Source: a virus. From it: DNA of 64,000 nt. Positions 60,845-64,000 of the stretch are shown here, piece after piece. Each line of letters starts with the position of its first letter. Position 1 is the stretch's first letter. Where the stretch lies: positions 5,568 to 69,567 of the IMG/VR virus record IMGVR_UViG_3300009545_000003. One strand, 5' to 3'. The notes beneath the pieces were generated by a model. It did not search any database, was not told the origin of the DNA, and saw only the letters and a list, made by a program, of their open reading frames with translations. The position numbers and the translations under genes were made by a program.

Positions 60845-61131
60845 TCGCCTTGAAACCCTAGTTAACTTTTCTTCCATCGTTCGACATACGCATGGAGAGC
60901 TTCGAGAGCTGACAACTCCATGTAAATTGCGTGCTCAGCTCTTCTAAGATTGTGTGAACCTGTAGTTAGGATTAAGCTCACGGCGTCATGTGGATTTGGC
61001 TGAACGTAGACTCCATCACCGAGATACAAGGGTTCCATTTTTCCTCACTTTCAAGATATGTTCCCAAAACCATCTATTACAGTACCAACAAAGGTTGCTC
61101 GAGGCTTCTTTTTCGTAATGGTCACAAGGTT

Positions 61132-61389
61132 TCATAAAGCGTAAGATTTCTTTCCATCATGTCCAACTACAATAGTTAAAGTCTGGCCAGGTAACTGAGT
61201 GAGTAAAGCAACAGGCTTTCCTTGTTTCGTAATGATGAAGGTCTTCCCAAGAACCACAGAGTCAATTATCTCACCTGGTTGTTCTCTGAGTTCCATCATC
61301 GTCACAGTCTCCAGTTTTTCCTTAAATGGAGTTAATTCTCGGAGTTTCTTATACTTTGTCATTACTCTACTTTCCTCAATTTTTGCCAC
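61132..61389 (-). CDS. Phd/YefM-like antitoxin-fold protein
   Basis: VTMMELREQPGEIIDSV..G.TFIITKQGKPVALL. Confidence 0.75.
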   Translation of the reverse strand: MAKIEESRVMTKYKKLRELTPFKEKLETVTMMELREQPGEIIDSVVLGKTFIITKQGKPVALLTQLPGQTLTIVVGHDGKKSYAL

Positions 61390-64000
61390 TCGGCGTCTGG
61401 GATAAAGACTAACACTTCTTTTTGTTCAGAATCTTCAGTCACCCGGATCGACAGGTGTACTCCTGGCTGAGGCATCAGGCTCGCTCGAACTGAGATCTTT
61501 CGAATCCCGCAATGATTCGGTAGAAGATACTCCGCGTATCTAGTCGCCATTTGTCACCGTCCCTGGTTGGATTGGTACTATCATGTTACTGTCGCAGTAC
61601 AGTGTAGTTGTCTCAAACTTAACTATACAGATTCCGTCATCTTTATAAGTAGGACTAATCACTACTCCTTCATCACCACGTTTCAAGACAGGCTTGTGGT
61701 CACTGGGATGCTTAAACTTATCCCATATATCGTCGAACTCTTTGATGCTGACGAGCATGACTATGTCTCCTACTTTAAACATACGCTACTCCATATGTCG
61801 GGAGTTCAAAAGCGTATTCCCACACATCACTTCCATCATCTTTGAACAACACGATATTCAAACGCTTGGCGTCTGTGTAGATATCGCGAAGCTCAGACTC
61901 CACGTGTTTGATGAGGTGACGGATCTTATAGATTGGAATACCTCGAGGCACATGAATGGAAACGAGCTTGACTGGCGCCTCTTTGATATAGTCCAATCCA
62001 GGGCTAGCATTCCATGGCTTTTCTTCTTTGTCATTAAAAGCCGGCACCGCAAACAATAGTTTCAGGTTTATCTGACGACCGGCTGATCTTTGAGTCGGGT
62101 GAAGTGACTCATCACCTGACTTACTGGCAAGGAATGTCGCAGTTAGATATGACAGATCTTCTACTTCAAGTTTACTTAGCATGGTTTCTCCTATATTTCA
62201 AAAACTTCATTACCTTCACCGTTACAATTCTGGCAGATTTTAACTTCTCCATCAAGTCCCTCGTATGTTTGGCGACCTTTGCAGACAGAACAAGTCTTGG
62301 TGACAAGTAAAACAAGAGCATCACTTCTCTGTTTGATCGTACTCATAACCTGGTTGACTTCATCATTCCGATTTTGACTTTTGAGAGTAAGAATAACGAT
62401 AGCTAAATCCTTAACTTTAGCTATTGTATCTGCCTTAAGATCCATTTTCCAACCTAAGATAATGGCTATCTCTTGCCAGATATCTTCGTTACTGAAATCG
62501 TGGTGTAGGCGTGGTTGAGGCATCAGTCATTTCCTTTCGTCAAAAGATCAGCTCGATAGTCGACAGCTGTTTGAGACTGACGATTCATCTTATCCACTTT
62601 CTCAATACAGAGTAGGGCTTCAGCCAGTGTCTCGAAGTCTACTACAGTCATTGAAGTAGCAGTGGCATTGTCTCTACGTCTTCCACCTACTGTATTTTCA
62701 CCATAAGTGGAATAAACGGTGTGCGTGATAAGAACTTTGTGAATCATGATTGATCCTCCGTTCTGTTTTTAGCATTCTCCCATGCTACTGACCACGCCAT
62801 TGATCTTGTGTAACGTCCATTGCACAAACAGATGTTAGTCTTAGTGAAAATAACCCATCCAATACTAGTGTAACGGCACTTAGTGCCAGGATAGCGTTTT
62901 AAGACAAAAGTTCTATGTTGTTTTGGAGTCAACATCCACCTCCACCTCCTGGTGCCTGTTCTCTGTGCCACGCATTGTGAGAACTTTTATCGGCTATTAC
63001 AGATCCACAAGTTATACAGATGAAAACTGTTGTATCCGGCCTAATAATTTGATTAGGCTCACCAATCTTACCTATTAAAACATACTCAGGATCTTTCATC
63101 TTACACCACCTTGTCCGCGTCAGTATCTTTGTTAATTACGGGGTTAGCGAATTGAGCAGCCCAGACGTATCCCATGGTTCGCATACCATCCTTCACAACA
63201 GACTCAAGAGACTGAAGAAGCATCTTAGCTTCATCATGATGCATTGTAATAGTAACTTTTTCACGATTACCAGTGATTGTGATTAGAGTACTATTACCAT
63301 TGATCCTCTCAACCTTGATTTCAGCACCAAAGTGAATATCTCCGTTACGTTCATAGAGCAGCATTGGAAGCCTCCTTTCCATGCAATTCGGGTGGAAACG
63401 TAATACCCTTACCGTATTCCCACTCAAAGACACAAAAGTCTCCACCATCAGTGATCATTACCCTGACTGTGGTGCCAATTCGTGCTCCGACTGATGTGCA
63501 GCAGTGCTTAGCGGCCTTGACAGCCTCTTCAGCATCAACATAGGCACGAACATTTTCATTCGTACCATTAGGAAAAAACTGGTATACTGAAAACTCGCCT
63601 GTCATTTCTCAGCCTCCTTGAGTGCATGAGCAGCTTCCCAGAAATCAGTGGCATATCCAATGACGCCATTCCATTGAAGATACCAAGCAAAAACTTCTTT
63701 GCCTGTCATCTTAGAAATCTTCTCCCTAGCTTCGTCGACTGTATTAGCTCTCTTGTTTTCTGTGAGAGCGTCAACAACATCAGCTAGGACGTTACCTGGA
63801 ATCTTTTTTAGATCCATTAGTTTGCCTTCTTTCTGAGCCATTCTCTGATGTTTGGTCCAGCATCGACTAAATTTTCAGGTCCTTCGAGATCCTGGACAGC
63901 GTTGTAAAGAAGATTTTGTCCTCTAAGGCATAACTGTGTAGGGTTCTCTCTACACTGCTCGCAGATGTCAAGGTGCGCGTGGAATTTTGATGCGCCTTGA

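Larger units (their letters stand above)
52926..63841 (-). other. dense cluster of small co-directional hypothetical early-type genes
   Basis: Many 60-270 aa ORFs with ATGA overlaps and GGAG RBSs; few recognisable motifs. Confidence 0.75.

Noticed and set aside
60477-60947. Plus-strand ORF sharing ITQGHSR with 46440..46655
   Set aside because: Similarity comes from reading through the DNA repeat element; the ORF is antisense to local genes
1-64000. CRISPR array, integrase, transposase, reverse transcriptase/DGR, PurZ or 7-deazaguanine genes
   Set aside because: No repeat-spacer array and no diagnostic motifs seen in the ORF track; parts of the genome may lie outside the window
1-64000. Stop-codon reassignment suggested by frequent TAG
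   Set aside because: Core genes are full length in the standard code, and TAG, TGA and TAA all end genes at sensible positions

Overview
The window is most of a tailed phage genome with contractile-tail (myovirus-type) genes. No integrase, CRISPR array or canonical tRNA was seen. The + strand from about 1.7 to 31.9 kb is the late arm: terminase, portal, head, neck, sheath/tube, tape measure with a glucosaminidase domain, baseplate, fibres and lysis genes. The - strand from about 32 to 52 kb is the replication and nucleotide arm: family A polymerase, UvrD and SNF2 helicases, AEP primase and SSB-like protein. The - strand from 52 to 64 kb and from 0.1 to 1.6 kb holds many small early-type genes. 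Five observations stand out. (1) An apparent cytosine hypermodification pathway: a thymidylate-synthase-fold enzyme carrying the dCMP-specifying Asp, a dNMP kinase fused to a UDG-like domain, a T4 beta-glucosyltransferase-like enzyme, GT2, an FkbM methylase, ThyX, dCMP deaminase and two MazG-like enzymes. (2) A hairpin at the 3' end of the late operon whose loop is 21/22 nt antisense to the RBS and start codon of a winged-helix gene 7.7 kb away; that gene ends in a second anti-Shine-Dalgarno hairpin. (3) Four copies of a 44-45 bp palindrome flanked by CCCTGG boxes, spaced 13-14.4 kb apart in alternating orientation. (4) Four paralogous winged-helix proteins. (5) A 1541 aa fibre-like protein with a signal peptide. 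All protein calls come from motif recognition by eye; no searches were run.
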